From a virus, in the IMG/VR virus record IMGVR_UViG_3300031977_002889: 64,000 bases of DNA; one strand, written 5' to 3'. The notes beneath the pieces were generated by a model. That model saw nothing but the letters and a program-made list of their open reading frames with translations, did no database searches and had not been told where the DNA came from. A program made the translations under genes and the position numbers. Of the stretch, positions 9,480-19,623 are shown in pieces. The stretch's first letter is position 1, and each line of letters begins with the position of its first letter.

Positions 9480-10814
9480 TCAAGAACCTAGAATGTCGTC
9501 CACTCTGAAGATTCTGTAGTATTGGTTGGTTTTTGCTGTTGCAAGACCATCGCGGTTAGACATATTTCCAACATCTACGAATGGGTTTGATACCATGCCG
9601 TAGCGTGTTTTGAAGCCAATTTTTGGCTGGAATGTGTCTTCTCCAACTGCACGTACCATAGTTAGTGGTACATATGGGCAGTAGAATACACCAGCGTCAT
9701 ATGGGTTAGTGCCTTTGTAACCAACAGTTACATAGTCATTAGTTGCATATGGGTCGATGTATACGCGAGTACGACCGTTTAGTACACCAGCAAATGTGTT
9801 GCCTGTGTCGTCAACGTTCAAGTTAGTGCTTAGAGCTGGTGTGTAGTCCAACATACCTGCTGCGCTCAAAGAAGAAGCAACGTCGCTTGAGCAGATGATA
9901 AAGTTACCTTTACCTCTACGTGTTTCTTTTGCGATTACGTTTGATTCACGCTCGATCTGCATGATCAAGCCTTTGAACTTCTCTACTGACCAACGACCAT
10001 CAGCATCTGTTTGTACGTTGAAGATACCATTGATAGCTGTGTTGGATGTTAGAGCACCAAGCTTCGCTTGTGAGTTGATTGTACGAATTACTTCGCGGTT
10101 GATTTCAGCCATGATCTCAGTTGACAAGATATTCGCCAACTCAGTTTCAGCATCAAGACCATGAATTGCTTTCAAGTCTTGTGCTAGTTCTAAGCTGTAT
10201 TCCGCTTTCAACGCACGTGACTTCGCAGTCACAGTTGCTTTTTCAATGGTGAAACCCATTTCGTTGAACGCAGAACCACCTGTAGAACCAAGTGCTTCAG
10301 CATCTGCCAATGGCATTGCTGAACCTGCAAGAGCAGTAGTAACAGAGTCAGCAATTGTGCTGTCGCCGTCACCATCAGTTGAAGTACCAAGACCTGAACC
10401 GTCTGCTGGCTGTGTGAAGTTTGAGTCACCTGAGTAACCTGTGTTTGCTTCGTTGAACAATGCTTCATCATCTACAGACTGACCATTAGCAGCAGTTTTG
10501 TAACGTGAACGCATTGCAAAGATAAGACCTGTTGGTCCTGTCATTGGCTGAACACCACATACGTCATATGCCATTAAGTTTGGCATTGCGCGACGTACAA
10601 GTGCGATTAGGATTGGGTTCCAATTAGCAGCTGCACCAGTGTTGTTTGTTGGAGCTGCTTCATTGATCATGCCCTCTTCCATAAGAGCTTTTTCTTGGTT
10701 CTCAAGAATTGCTGCTGTTACAGCTCTTCTGTGAGCGTCTTTAATTGAGCCTGCAGATTCTTCATTAAGAACTGGGCTCCACTTTTCGACGAGTTTGTCG
10801 TATGCTACTTGCAT
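9480..10814 (-). CDS. gp23: Major capsid protein
   Basis: KWSPVL, LVRRAMPNL.AYDVCGVQPM.GPTGLIFA, SRALKAEYSLELAQDLKAIHGLDAE, FQPKIGFKTRYG. Confidence 0.98.
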   Translation of the reverse strand: MQVAYDKLVEKWSPVLNEESAGSIKDAHRRAVTAAILENQEKALMEEGMINEAAPTNNTGAAANWNPILIALVRRAMPNLMAYDVCGVQPMTGPTGLIFAMRSRYKTAANGQSVDDEALFNEANTGYSGDSNFTQPADGSGLGTSTDGDGDSTIADSVTTALAGSAMPLADAEALGSTGGSAFNEMGFTIEKATVTAKSRALKAEYSLELAQDLKAIHGLDAETELANILSTEIMAEINREVIRTINSQAKLGALTSNTAINGIFNVQTDADGRWSVEKFKGLIMQIERESNVIAKETRRGKGNFIICSSDVASSLSAAGMLDYTPALSTNLNVDDTGNTFAGVLNGRTRVYIDPYATNDYVTVGYKGTNPYDAGVFYCPYVPLTMVRAVGEDTFQPKIGFKTRYGMVSNPFVDVGNMSNRDGLATAKTNQYYRIFRVDDILGS

Positions 10815-10821
10815 AATTGGA

Positions 10822-11910
10822 TTACTCCCTATTTGTTTGTCTTAGTGCAGTTAGATATTTTGCCATTGAATCTGTTGCAGTGATTTCTGCTCCGTCATCA
10901 ACATCAGTTGGATCTAGATCTGCGGACTCGGTTACTGATTTTTTAAAATATGATTCTTTAACGGTAGCAACTTTTTTCGTAAAAGTTTCTTCGTCTTCAA
11001 AATCAATATCTTCTACTAGACCTTTTAGTTTTTCAACTTGAGTTTCGGCTAGATCTTTAGAAGCTTCACGAATAACTTTTTCGCGCTTTAGTGTTTCTAA
11101 TTCTTCAGCCATTTCGATTTGCTTACCAGTAGAGCTGTTAAGTTTCTCTTCAAGTTCTTCAACTGTTTCGGCTAGTTCGTCAACTAGGTCGACTTTAGAC
11201 TCTGGTACTTCGATGTAAGATTCAGTGAATAGATCTTTCAAGCTATTCATGAATTTTTCTGCGATCTCTGTACGTAGGCCTGATTGGATTGCAACTTTGT
11301 TGTCTTCCATCCAGCCTTCTACAACATAGTTCAAATAGTTATCTACTTGATCTACAAGACCTGCTTTAGTAGATTCAATCTCTTCAGCAAGCTCTTCGTT
11401 GTACTTTTCTTCAAGGCGATCGATTTCTTCTGCTAGCTTCGATTTGATAGCTGCTTCGAAAATAACACCTGCTTTATCCTTGAACTCTTCGCTTAGAGTT
11501 GCTTCATCAGCAATCAATGCATTGAGATCATCAGAAAAATCTGCTTGGTAGTCGATGTCAGCTACTGGCATTTCTACCACTTCGCCTTCTTCTACACCTT
11601 CAGCAAACATTTTTCCATATAGTTCTGACATTTCAGCTTTAGTCATTTTTGACATATGCTGGAAAGCAGCATTAATCATGCCAGCTTTCGTGCCAGGAAC
11701 TGGAGTTGCAGGAGCTTTTTGCATGGCGTCTTTGCCACCTTTATCACCTTTACGTGCCTTAGCATTAGGTCCTTTGTCACCTGCAGCGTCTACAGATGCA
11801 ACGGACTGAGCCTCAGCATTTTTCGGATCATGAGTTGTTCCTTCCACGACTTCGTTCTCTTCGTCATGGAGTTCTACATCCTGATCTTCTATTTGATTTT
11901 CATCAGTCAT
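10822..11910 (-). CDS. gp22: Prohead core scaffold protein
   Basis: Acidic coiled coil; LSEEFK.KA..IFEAA, YLNYVVE.WM, KESYF; synteny. Confidence 0.92.
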   Translation of the reverse strand: MTDENQIEDQDVELHDEENEVVEGTTHDPKNAEAQSVASVDAAGDKGPNAKARKGDKGGKDAMQKAPATPVPGTKAGMINAAFQHMSKMTKAEMSELYGKMFAEGVEEGEVVEMPVADIDYQADFSDDLNALIADEATLSEEFKDKAGVIFEAAIKSKLAEEIDRLEEKYNEELAEEIESTKAGLVDQVDNYLNYVVEGWMEDNKVAIQSGLRTEIAEKFMNSLKDLFTESYIEVPESKVDLVDELAETVEELEEKLNSSTGKQIEMAEELETLKREKVIREASKDLAETQVEKLKGLVEDIDFEDEETFTKKVATVKESYFKKSVTESADLDPTDVDDGAEITATDSMAKYLTALRQTNRE

Positions 11911-11922
11911 AGATGACTCCTT

Positions 11923-12582
11923 TTAAAATTTAGATTTGAGTAACGAGAGGAAATTCTTAAACTCACGAACCTGTGTCTCATAGAGATCAGTACGTGGAGC
12001 CTTTTTAATTTCAGTCTCCATTTCTTCAATTGCTCTTCGCTCAATAATGCCGTTGTTCCATACCCACTCAACACCTTCCATTACCCCATTTACGAAAGCG
12101 CTAGGTGCGGAGGGATCCTGAACAATATCTACTGCATTGAGTAGAAAGTCGTCTTTAACGACCATTGCGTCATTAGTTCGCTGTAAGCTTCCCATACCAC
12201 GAGTCGAAACGCCCAGTTGAACACCACCTTCGAGTAGACCTTGTACAATCTTACCCATAGGAGTTTCCAATACTGTGGCTTTTCCCACAACATTGTTACC
12301 TGACCAATCCAGGCTTTCAATCTTGTGTGAAACCTTATCCAGATTAACAGTTGGTCCTTCAGGATGATTTAATTCTCCAACCGCACGTCCTTTTTGTACT
12401 TGCTCAACATTGTATTTGTTAACAGCATTTTCCATTACAGTACGTGGGTAAATCCGACCATTTCTGTTCTTCTGTTCAGCGGACATAAACACACCTTCAA
12501 TAGAATACTTTTTAGACCCGTCTTTACGAGCCTCAGTAAGTACTTCTAGATGGTCTTCTGTATATTCCGCTATTAATCTCAT
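11923..12582 (-). CDS. gp21: Prohead protease
   Basis: NRNGRIY, GELNHP, GVSTRGMGSL, DIVQDPSAP. Confidence 0.96.
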   Translation of the reverse strand: MRLIAEYTEDHLEVLTEARKDGSKKYSIEGVFMSAEQKNRNGRIYPRTVMENAVNKYNVEQVQKGRAVGELNHPEGPTVNLDKVSHKIESLDWSGNNVVGKATVLETPMGKIVQGLLEGGVQLGVSTRGMGSLQRTNDAMVVKDDFLLNAVDIVQDPSAPSAFVNGVMEGVEWVWNNGIIERRAIEEMETEIKKAPRTDLYETQVREFKNFLSLLKSKF

Positions 12583-12779
12583 TTCATATCCCTATATTGT
12601 TTAATAAATGTTTCTCCGGCCTTAAATGCTTCTCGCTCTGTACGATATGCATCAAGTGGATCTCCATCTACATAAGCAACATATTTTCCTTTTTCGTTTG
12701 TTACTACTACTTTAATCCCATTAAAGGACCTTGTTTTACCTTTAACTTTTTGTTTCCGTAGAGAGTTAAACCGTTTCAT
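12579..12779 (-). CDS. Small head-region protein (gp68-like position)
   Basis: 66 aa basic ORF between the gp67-like gene and gp21, preceded by a late promoter. Confidence 0.65.
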   Translation of the reverse strand: MKRFNSLRKQKVKGKTRSFNGIKVVVTNEKGKYVAYVDGDPLDAYRTEREAFKAGETFIKQYRDMK

Positions 12780-12795
12780 TGTTTCTTCTTACTAT

Positions 12796-12803
12796 TATTT
12801 ATA
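12796..12803 (-). promoter_or_regulatory. Late promoter TATAAATA
   Basis: Exact consensus upstream of the 66 aa ORF and gp21. Confidence 0.7.
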
Positions 12804-12867
12804 ATAATTTAAATTTTCACTGTCTAAACTTATGAGAACACGATACGTAGTTTCACGTACATCTCCG

Positions 12868-13188
12868 CTATGTGTCGTCGTCCTCGTCGTCCTCGTCTCC
12901 CATTTCGAGTTCAGCATCATTATCGGGCTCTTGTAAGTCTTCGGTCTCACTTTCTTCATCGGATTGTGCGATATTATCTTCTTCTCCGACATCATCATCC
13001 TCGAGATCGAGTTCAAGCTGTTCTTCTTCAGCTCCGTTATAGATTTGATCAGCGAGTTTAATTTTTTCTTGATCTAATGCATCATTTACTCGCTGTGTCA
13101 TAATTTCACCAAAAATTTCATTGGCTTTATTATAATCTTTATTCAATGCATGTTGGATCATATCAGTTGTCATTGTCATTGTCTTCAC
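12868..13188 (-). CDS. Prohead core protein (gp67-like; start may be a later ATG)
   Basis: Very acidic protein directly downstream of the portal gene. Confidence 0.65.
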   Translation of the reverse strand: MKTMTMTTDMIQHALNKDYNKANEIFGEIMTQRVNDALDQEKIKLADQIYNGAEEEQLELDLEDDDVGEEDNIAQSDEESETEDLQEPDNDAELEMGDEDDEDDDT

Positions 13189-14683
13189 TTTCTTTTGGTT
13201 CTATTTCACCAGATTGAGTTTCACTTTTTATTTCATTTTTCATTCTCTTAATTTCTTCGTCATCTAATAAGAGGACATGTTTAAATACAAATTCCTTTGA
13301 AAAGAATTCTCCAACATATTGTTGCATTTGATCAAGAGTTTGAATTTTTTCTCTAAGTAGTTCTGCGTCTTTTAATTCTGTGAAATGGTTATCACGTACG
13401 TAATCAACTACTATGTCATTTTTAATTTTATCCCAATCTTCTTCAGTAATAACACCTTTTAGAATCAATTGAGTTTTAAGAATACCATAAAATAAATGAG
13501 CAAATCTACGGCGTAATCTATCAATAAACTTTTGGAATTTCAATTCATCTCTTGAAATCTCAGTAGATCGCCCTAAACTAAATTGTGCTTCTTGTTCCAA
13601 ACGATTAATTGGAACATTAAGAGATCTGTACATTCTTTTTTGGAAATATATAATGTCATCAATTTGTCCAAGATTTTCACCGCCAGGAAGTGTAGAAATT
13701 TCAGTACCTCTTCCACCTTCTCTACGTGGCAACCAAAAATCTTCGAGCAATGATTGATGTTTACGATCATCTCGTATTTCGCCAGTTTTAGCATCGTATA
13801 CTAGCTTATTACGATACTTAGCCATAATGTCTTTCATATATTGTTCGGATTTACCACGTGGTAAGTTACCAACATCAATATAGAAAATACGTCTTTCAGG
13901 TGCTCGAGCTAGTCTATAGATGACTAGTGAGTCTTCCATCATACGCAATTGATTAATAGGCTTAATTGCTTTATGAAGATAAGATACAACCTTTTTACGT
14001 GATTCATCAAGTAAACCTGATGTCACATAACTCACTGCATCTAAACTTAATTTCACACCAGCTGTTTGTTGTCCTGGTTTTTCTTGGTAGATATAATATT
14101 CATCAACCTTCTCAACTAAGTTTGCTCCAGTTTTAGGATCTTTTTTCTTCTTAATTTGTTTTACTTTACGAATCTTAGCTGAATCAATTGGTCTAATTTC
14201 TTGAATACCAGCTTTTAGTTGAGATTCATTAACGACTAAGTGATGATAGATTCTGCCATCGACATACCATCTTTTGAAAATATCGTGACCGTTTTCTTGA
14301 AAGTTTAACATAGCAACAATATTATCAAACTCTTCTTTAATAGTTTTCTTAATATTATCTGGTTGCTCTAAGTTATCCAGATTAATATCAATAGGTTGTT
14401 CCATTGCACCCCCAGCAATAGATTCTCCTACGATATCTTCAATCGCGGCATCAACTTCTGGATGCATAGAACATCCACGATATTTCATAATAAGTTGATG
14501 GTTATCTTTTGAGTCATCACCATCAATATTAAGATATTGACCGTAATGTGTACCTGATGCTGTAACATATCCAGCACCATCATCATCTACTGGTGGCACA
14601 ATAGACGGAAGCTTCTTCGGATCAGCCGACTTTCTTTTTATTTCAAAACCAAATAGTGTAACACTTCTATCGTTTTCTGCCAT
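13163..14683 (-). CDS. gp20: Portal vertex protein
   Basis: LFGF.I, WYVDGR, QLRMMEDSLVIYRLARAPERRIFYIDVGNLP, EDFWLPRREGGRGTEI. Confidence 0.98.
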   Translation of the reverse strand: MAENDRSVTLFGFEIKRKSADPKKLPSIVPPVDDDGAGYVTASGTHYGQYLNIDGDDSKDNHQLIMKYRGCSMHPEVDAAIEDIVGESIAGGAMEQPIDINLDNLEQPDNIKKTIKEEFDNIVAMLNFQENGHDIFKRWYVDGRIYHHLVVNESQLKAGIQEIRPIDSAKIRKVKQIKKKKDPKTGANLVEKVDEYYIYQEKPGQQTAGVKLSLDAVSYVTSGLLDESRKKVVSYLHKAIKPINQLRMMEDSLVIYRLARAPERRIFYIDVGNLPRGKSEQYMKDIMAKYRNKLVYDAKTGEIRDDRKHQSLLEDFWLPRREGGRGTEISTLPGGENLGQIDDIIYFQKRMYRSLNVPINRLEQEAQFSLGRSTEISRDELKFQKFIDRLRRRFAHLFYGILKTQLILKGVITEEDWDKIKNDIVVDYVRDNHFTELKDAELLREKIQTLDQMQQYVGEFFSKEFVFKHVLLLDDEEIKRMKNEIKSETQSGEIEPKESEDNDNDN

Positions 14684-14702
14684 TTAAAAATTCCCTAGTA
14701 TA

Positions 14703-14730
14703 AATCAGGGCTGGTGTACCAGCCCTGATT
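14703..14730 (-). terminator. Perfect inverted repeat after gp19 (probable terminator or processing hairpin)
   Basis: AATCAGGGCTGGT-gt-ACCAGCCCTGATT. Confidence 0.7.
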
Positions 14731-14741
14731 ACTGTATTTAT

Positions 14742-15269
14742 TTAAGTAGTTGTTGCGGCTTCAAAGTACTGATACGCGAAAGTTGTTGTAAATCTTTCGA
14801 TATCATCGTTTGTTCCGTAGTTTAGATCGATTGGAGACAAATCAGTAGGGAATGCACCTCTAAAGATGTATTCTTTAATTGATAATCCTTCACGATCTAG
14901 TTGTTCTACTTTCAGATCTGCTTCGTAAAGAATAGGAGTTGAAAGACCAGTATTTGCTGAGTGAGCATTCATACCATTCATCCATCTTTCCATTGAATCA
15001 CGAATTGCGAAATCTGTATCGTTAATAATTGTCACAGTCCATTCTGCGAATGTGCGATCACCAGCCATTTTAAGTTGGCGTCCACGAAATGGAACCACAA
15101 TAGTACCAAGTGTTGAACCCGGTAATTGCGCTGCTTCGATTAAAAACGAAGTAAGTTCAGCATCCCCACCAGCATAGGCAGGAAAGTTGATTGTTGCTTT
15201 AAAGAGATTAGGACGTGCGCCTCCACCTCTTAATTTTGATTTGAAATCATCTACACCTAAAACTGCCAT
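14742..15269 (-). CDS. gp19: Tail tube protein
   Basis: GGGARPNLF, GRQLKMAGDRTF.EWTVTIIND.DF.IR...E.W. Confidence 0.96.
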   Translation of the reverse strand: MAVLGVDDFKSKLRGGGARPNLFKATINFPAYAGGDAELTSFLIEAAQLPGSTLGTIVVPFRGRQLKMAGDRTFAEWTVTIINDTDFAIRDSMERWMNGMNAHSANTGLSTPILYEADLKVEQLDREGLSIKEYIFRGAFPTDLSPIDLNYGTNDDIERFTTTFAYQYFEAATTT

Positions 15270-15280
15270 TTTCTATCTCC

Positions 15281-17230
15281 TTACACTGTGCCTACGACTT
15301 CTTCGAAGTCAACACCAGTTCTCACAGCTACGAAGTTTAGAGTGACATAGTTGATAGAACGTGCTGGCTTGATGAAGATGTTTGCAATGAATTCATTACG
15401 ATCGATTACTGCAGCTGTGTTGTTGGTTTCGTCAGCAACTACACGGAAATCAGTAATACCTCTTCGGCCTTTTACTTCTCTCAACACTGGTTCGATGATG
15501 TTCACAAATTCTGCTCTTGTAAATTCGTCGTTGAATTCAAACAGAACTTGCTCAGCCGCTCTTGCAATTGCTCTTTCAAGAACAAGGAAGAGTCTGCGAA
15601 CGTTGATTCTATCGAACGCTGATGCTCTTGTGAGCATTGTCTTATCACCAAATAGCAGTGTTCCTTGGCCAGGAATATTTGCGATTGGGTTAACACTTGC
15701 TTTATAAAGAGTATCACGTTGACCTTTTGTTGGCGAATAAGAAATTGAAGTAATTCCTAGGTATCCACCTCTGCGTGAACCAGCAGGTGAGAACCATGGA
15801 GCTCTTTCAATATCTGTTTTTGCCATAAGACCAGCAGTTGAAGATGCCGCTGGAATATGAATATATTGATCATTAAACTTATCATAGACTTTAAGATAGT
15901 TATTATCCATTACGTGATAAGAAGATCTTTTGCTTAGCGCGTTTGCTGCAGCAACTGTATCTGTTACGATATTTGCTGTGTTTGTGATATTCACAACTTT
16001 ATCTCTTGGAGGAGAAGAAGTTACTACACAATCTTTACGAGCTTCAGCAGTAGCTACAAGGTCATTTACTGTGGTAGTCCAAGCATCGCCTGACAAACCA
16101 GGTGCAATTAAGAAATCAACTTCGACTTGATCTTTATCTTCAAAGAAATCATGTCCAGTTGAATATTCTGCGGCACCTAAAGCTGCTGAATTTGTCCCAT
16201 TGCTGAAAGTATGGGAAATAATGCCTGTTACAGCACTTGCAAAATCAGTGTTATCAGTATCTTGAATTACTTCACCAGCACCAGATGTTTTTTGATCTGA
16301 ATCCCATTGAGCCATATGAACATAAGATGATCTTTGATTAATCACATCTAAAGCGTAATTATTCGTACCATCTGCATTTGTAGCTCCTTTTACCTTTGAA
16401 AGGAAAGGATATGTTTCTAATACTGCTCCTTTTGTACCAGTAATTGTTCCTTTATCATCAACAACTACAACATGAATTTCATCATTCGCTGCTGTTCCAG
16501 GATTTCCTTCAACATATGATGATGTTGCTGGAGCGCCATCAAAATTGTCTTCATAATCCCAACCATCAAAATCTGCTCCTCTTGCACAAATAGAAACTGC
16601 TAAGCTATTTCCAAGTGCTCCTGGATATCTTGCGGCAAATGTAATGTTACCACCGATTCCAGCATCAGAATCAAGAAGTAAGTTGCCTGCACCATCACTG
16701 TCTGTACCTAATGCTTGAGTTTGAGTGATGTCACCAAGATTTGCGGCTTGTTCTTCCCAGTTATCAAAGTTTTTGATTAGAACTGTTTGATTTTGGTGAT
16801 TTGTTGATGCTTCTGCAATTCTCAAAGTATTTTGAGAATCTGAAGAATATTTTGTATTCGTTAATGTTAATGTGGTTCCACCTGTATTCAGGTCACCATC
16901 AATTACTTCTCCACCAGTTGTGAGGCTAGCCTTTGTGGTAGAGAATGCGTTAGTTGCGGCTGATGTTACAGCCCTTACCACTTGCATATTACTTGAATAT
17001 CTCAAGAAATAAGCTGCAGAGTGATAGTCGATGGTATTTGTCTCGTCAGGAGTTGCAAAGGTAGCTGCTAATTCTGTTTCATTAGCAATCTTTGTTCTCT
17101 TCTCGACAGGTCCCCATCTAAAATTTCCTACAATCGCGCCAGTAGTTGACTGTACGTTTGGAACGCCACCAGTCAGATCTATTTCTTTGACGACAACCGC
17201 TGGAGATTCGGAAGGTGCGCCTAATGCCAT
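15281..17230 (-). CDS. gp18: Tail sheath protein
   Basis: SP.V.VKEIDLT, G.F.WGPV, PWFSPAG..RG, FDRINVRRLF, FEFNDEFTR, IKPARSIN. Confidence 0.97.
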   Translation of the reverse strand: MALGAPSESPAVVVKEIDLTGGVPNVQSTTGAIVGNFRWGPVEKRTKIANETELAATFATPDETNTIDYHSAAYFLRYSSNMQVVRAVTSAATNAFSTTKASLTTGGEVIDGDLNTGGTTLTLTNTKYSSDSQNTLRIAEASTNHQNQTVLIKNFDNWEEQAANLGDITQTQALGTDSDGAGNLLLDSDAGIGGNITFAARYPGALGNSLAVSICARGADFDGWDYEDNFDGAPATSSYVEGNPGTAANDEIHVVVVDDKGTITGTKGAVLETYPFLSKVKGATNADGTNNYALDVINQRSSYVHMAQWDSDQKTSGAGEVIQDTDNTDFASAVTGIISHTFSNGTNSAALGAAEYSTGHDFFEDKDQVEVDFLIAPGLSGDAWTTTVNDLVATAEARKDCVVTSSPPRDKVVNITNTANIVTDTVAAANALSKRSSYHVMDNNYLKVYDKFNDQYIHIPAASSTAGLMAKTDIERAPWFSPAGSRRGGYLGITSISYSPTKGQRDTLYKASVNPIANIPGQGTLLFGDKTMLTRASAFDRINVRRLFLVLERAIARAAEQVLFEFNDEFTRAEFVNIIEPVLREVKGRRGITDFRVVADETNNTAAVIDRNEFIANIFIKPARSINYVTLNFVAVRTGVDFEEVVGTV

Positions 17231-17291
17231 ATCTGTTCCTCTTCGGTTACTAATTATATGTTCTCATAATACGGTTATCTTCAATTACTAT

Positions 17292-17299
17292 TATTTATA
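17292..17299 (-). promoter_or_regulatory. Late promoter TATAAATA (gp18)
   Basis: Exact consensus upstream of gp18. Confidence 0.75.
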
Positions 17300-17302
17300 T
17301 GT

Positions 17303-18901
17303 TTATAGATTTGGGTCATATTCAACGGCCCATTCGTTATCATTTTGATCTAGTGAGTTAGCGTATTGAGATCCATCATCATGGAATCCAAAAGGAACAA
17401 CATCGTCTTCTATTTCTTTCATTCTATTTTCAAATAATAATTGCTTTAAATTAATATCTGTCATATCAGCAAAATAAGTACCTGTTACAAAATATCCAAA
17501 TAAAACTAAGTTCATCATTAAGTCGTCGTGATTACCTTCGGATGCTTCGTACGATTGACCTTTAGCTTCAAATGTAGATATTTCAAGTATTGTATTTTCA
17601 TCTACGATTTGAACTTTTTGATTTTCTAATAAATCTTTTATTGCTGAACAACCAAGTCTTTTTGTTTTACGATTTATCTCTATTCCAAGAGCATTAGCTT
17701 TTACAGAAGATTCTACGTGCATATTTTCATATTCTAAATCATGATAAAGACCATTACAAACGACACCACCTTGGTCATTTGCTTCAATTACAACATATGC
17801 TTTGTTGTAGGAATTCGCATACTTATATATAATATTAGGGAAGAGTATTGGCGAGATAGTGTTATTGCGATACACAGCCACCTGTTTAAAAGGTCGAGCG
17901 CTAATATCGAGTAAATTAAAAGTAGAGTAGTCCTGTCCTCTTCCCTTCGAAACATCTACTGTCATTACATATTCGTGTTTCTTTATTGGTTCTTCATATA
18001 TAAGTAGATTCCCACCTTCCATAACTTTCTTTGGATTTTTAGCTCTAAGACTCATTAGTGTTTCGGCGTTAATAAGCGTATCACCCGTTCCAAAAAACGT
18101 ATTACCAAATTCCTGATCGAATTGGAGTTGAGATGTATTCGCAATCGTTTCTTGTTTCCATTTTTCGTCTCTTCCTGGGACGTCCCACCAATCCACTCTG
18201 AACGGAGAGAATTGATTAACGCCTTGTGTCGCTCCTTCCCATATTTTATAGAATGTATTGCCAATGCCATTCGCAGTTGACGTAACGATGATTTTTGTGT
18301 CTTTTCCTGAACTGACAACCGGGTAGGTGGACGTGTAGAATTCATTGGCTTTCTCCACAAATGCAAATTCATCTAAGTAGAGAAGGTTCACAGATAAACC
18401 CCGAATAGAAGATCCAGAAGTTGCTGCAGCTAAAATTCTTGAGTTGTTACTAAATTCAACACTTCCTTTATTCAATGCTTTAGTTCCAGGTTGTAAAAAG
18501 AATGGAATATTTTCAAGCATTAATGTAACTCTTGCTAACATTTCTCGAGCAGTTGCTCCTTTGTTAGCAAGAATCGCAACAGTTTTTTCTGAATTAAAAA
18601 GTGCAAACCATAAAAGATAAGCACAAGCTGATATAGATTTTCCTGACTGTCTACATGCTAAAACAATGTTGAATCTATTTTTACTAAAAGAATCAAACAT
18701 TTTCTTTTGATATGGGTATAAATCAAAAGGAACTAATCCTTTATCAAGAGAAATAACTTTACAATATCGCTGGGCAAAATACACAGGGTCTTTCATACAC
18801 CTTGAATACTCTTTTACCTCTTCTGCGGTCCATGATTGAACAACGCCATCGCGTTTTACGTTGTTATTACCTAGGTAACTCTGTATTTGGTTCAGCATCA
18901 A
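17303..18901 (-). CDS. gp17: Terminase large subunit
   Basis: RQSGKS Walker A, YLDEFAF Walker B, STANG, DVSKGRGQDYS, HDDLMM. Confidence 0.97.
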   Translation of the reverse strand: MMLNQIQSYLGNNNVKRDGVVQSWTAEEVKEYSRCMKDPVYFAQRYCKVISLDKGLVPFDLYPYQKKMFDSFSKNRFNIVLACRQSGKSISACAYLLWFALFNSEKTVAILANKGATAREMLARVTLMLENIPFFLQPGTKALNKGSVEFSNNSRILAAATSGSSIRGLSVNLLYLDEFAFVEKANEFYTSTYPVVSSGKDTKIIVTSTANGIGNTFYKIWEGATQGVNQFSPFRVDWWDVPGRDEKWKQETIANTSQLQFDQEFGNTFFGTGDTLINAETLMSLRAKNPKKVMEGGNLLIYEEPIKKHEYVMTVDVSKGRGQDYSTFNLLDISARPFKQVAVYRNNTISPILFPNIIYKYANSYNKAYVVIEANDQGGVVCNGLYHDLEYENMHVESSVKANALGIEINRKTKRLGCSAIKDLLENQKVQIVDENTILEISTFEAKGQSYEASEGNHDDLMMNLVLFGYFVTGTYFADMTDINLKQLLFENRMKEIEDDVVPFGFHDDGSQYANSLDQNDNEWAVEYDPNL

Positions 18902-19214
18902 TTATTTTCTCTTCATCTTGTAATAACCTCTGTAAATCAGCAGTAGATCCAAGGAAAACATTATTATTTGTTATCTGTTTTACTTCCTCTTTATCTTCTT
19001 TACTAATATCTTTATTTTTTATATTTAAATCCATTAACTTATCGTTAACGTCTGCAAGGTTTTTTACCATATTAGATAAAACTTCAAATGCTCGAGGATG
19101 CTCTGATTCGCGAGCAACTTCAATCATGAGATCAAGAGATTGTTTTCCTTTTTCTAAAAGTTCATAATAAGTGTCTCTTGAATAATCATAATCATTTCTA
19201 ACTTTTTCATTCAT
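18867..19214 (-). CDS. gp16: Terminase small subunit
   Basis: DYDYSR..YY.L.EKG, EHPRAFEV, NNVFLGSTADLQRLL. Confidence 0.93.
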   Translation of the reverse strand: MNEKVRNDYDYSRDTYYELLEKGKQSLDLMIEVARESEHPRAFEVLSNMVKNLADVNDKLMDLNIKNKDISKEDKEEVKQITNNNVFLGSTADLQRLLQDEEKIIDAEPNTELPR

Positions 19215-19623
19215 CTAATTTTACCAACTCTCTATTTTTGAGATGTTCGGCCTCCACCATATGTTTTGCTTGACCATAATAATACACAGCATGATGTTTC
19301 TCAATGAGGTAATCGTTTAAAGATTGATCTGCAAAACTACTTGTTCTCCAAATTTCTCCAAGTATTCGACCGAATTTACCTTTAGCATCATACTCTTTTG
19401 TTTTAAGGATTAACCATTCGTCATCAGTAAATCTTTCAACATAATGTTTTGCAGCTAATCCATACTTTTTTTCTACTTTATCACTTGTTCTTGATTCAGG
19501 AGTATCAATTCCAGACAATCTTACTCTTTCATCTTTTAGCCATACACCAAAACCTAAATCAATATCAACGTCGATTGTATCACCATCGACTACTTTTCTT
19601 AGCTTACATCTATATTCATACAT
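19207..19623 (-). CDS. Thermonuclease (SNase)-family nuclease
   Basis: VVDGDTID, RVRL.GIDTPE, GKFGRILG. Confidence 0.88.
   Translation of the reverse strand: MYEYRCKLRKVVDGDTIDVDIDLGFGVWLKDERVRLSGIDTPESRTSDKVEKKYGLAAKHYVERFTDDEWLILKTKEYDAKGKFGRILGEIWRTSSFADQSLNDYLIEKHHAVYYYGQAKHMVEAEHLKNRELVKLDE

Noticed and set aside
9480-18901. Introns, inteins or homing endonucleases in gp23, gp20 or gp17
   Set aside because: ORFs are continuous and of normal length; no LAGLIDADG, HNH, GIY-YIG or intein motifs seen
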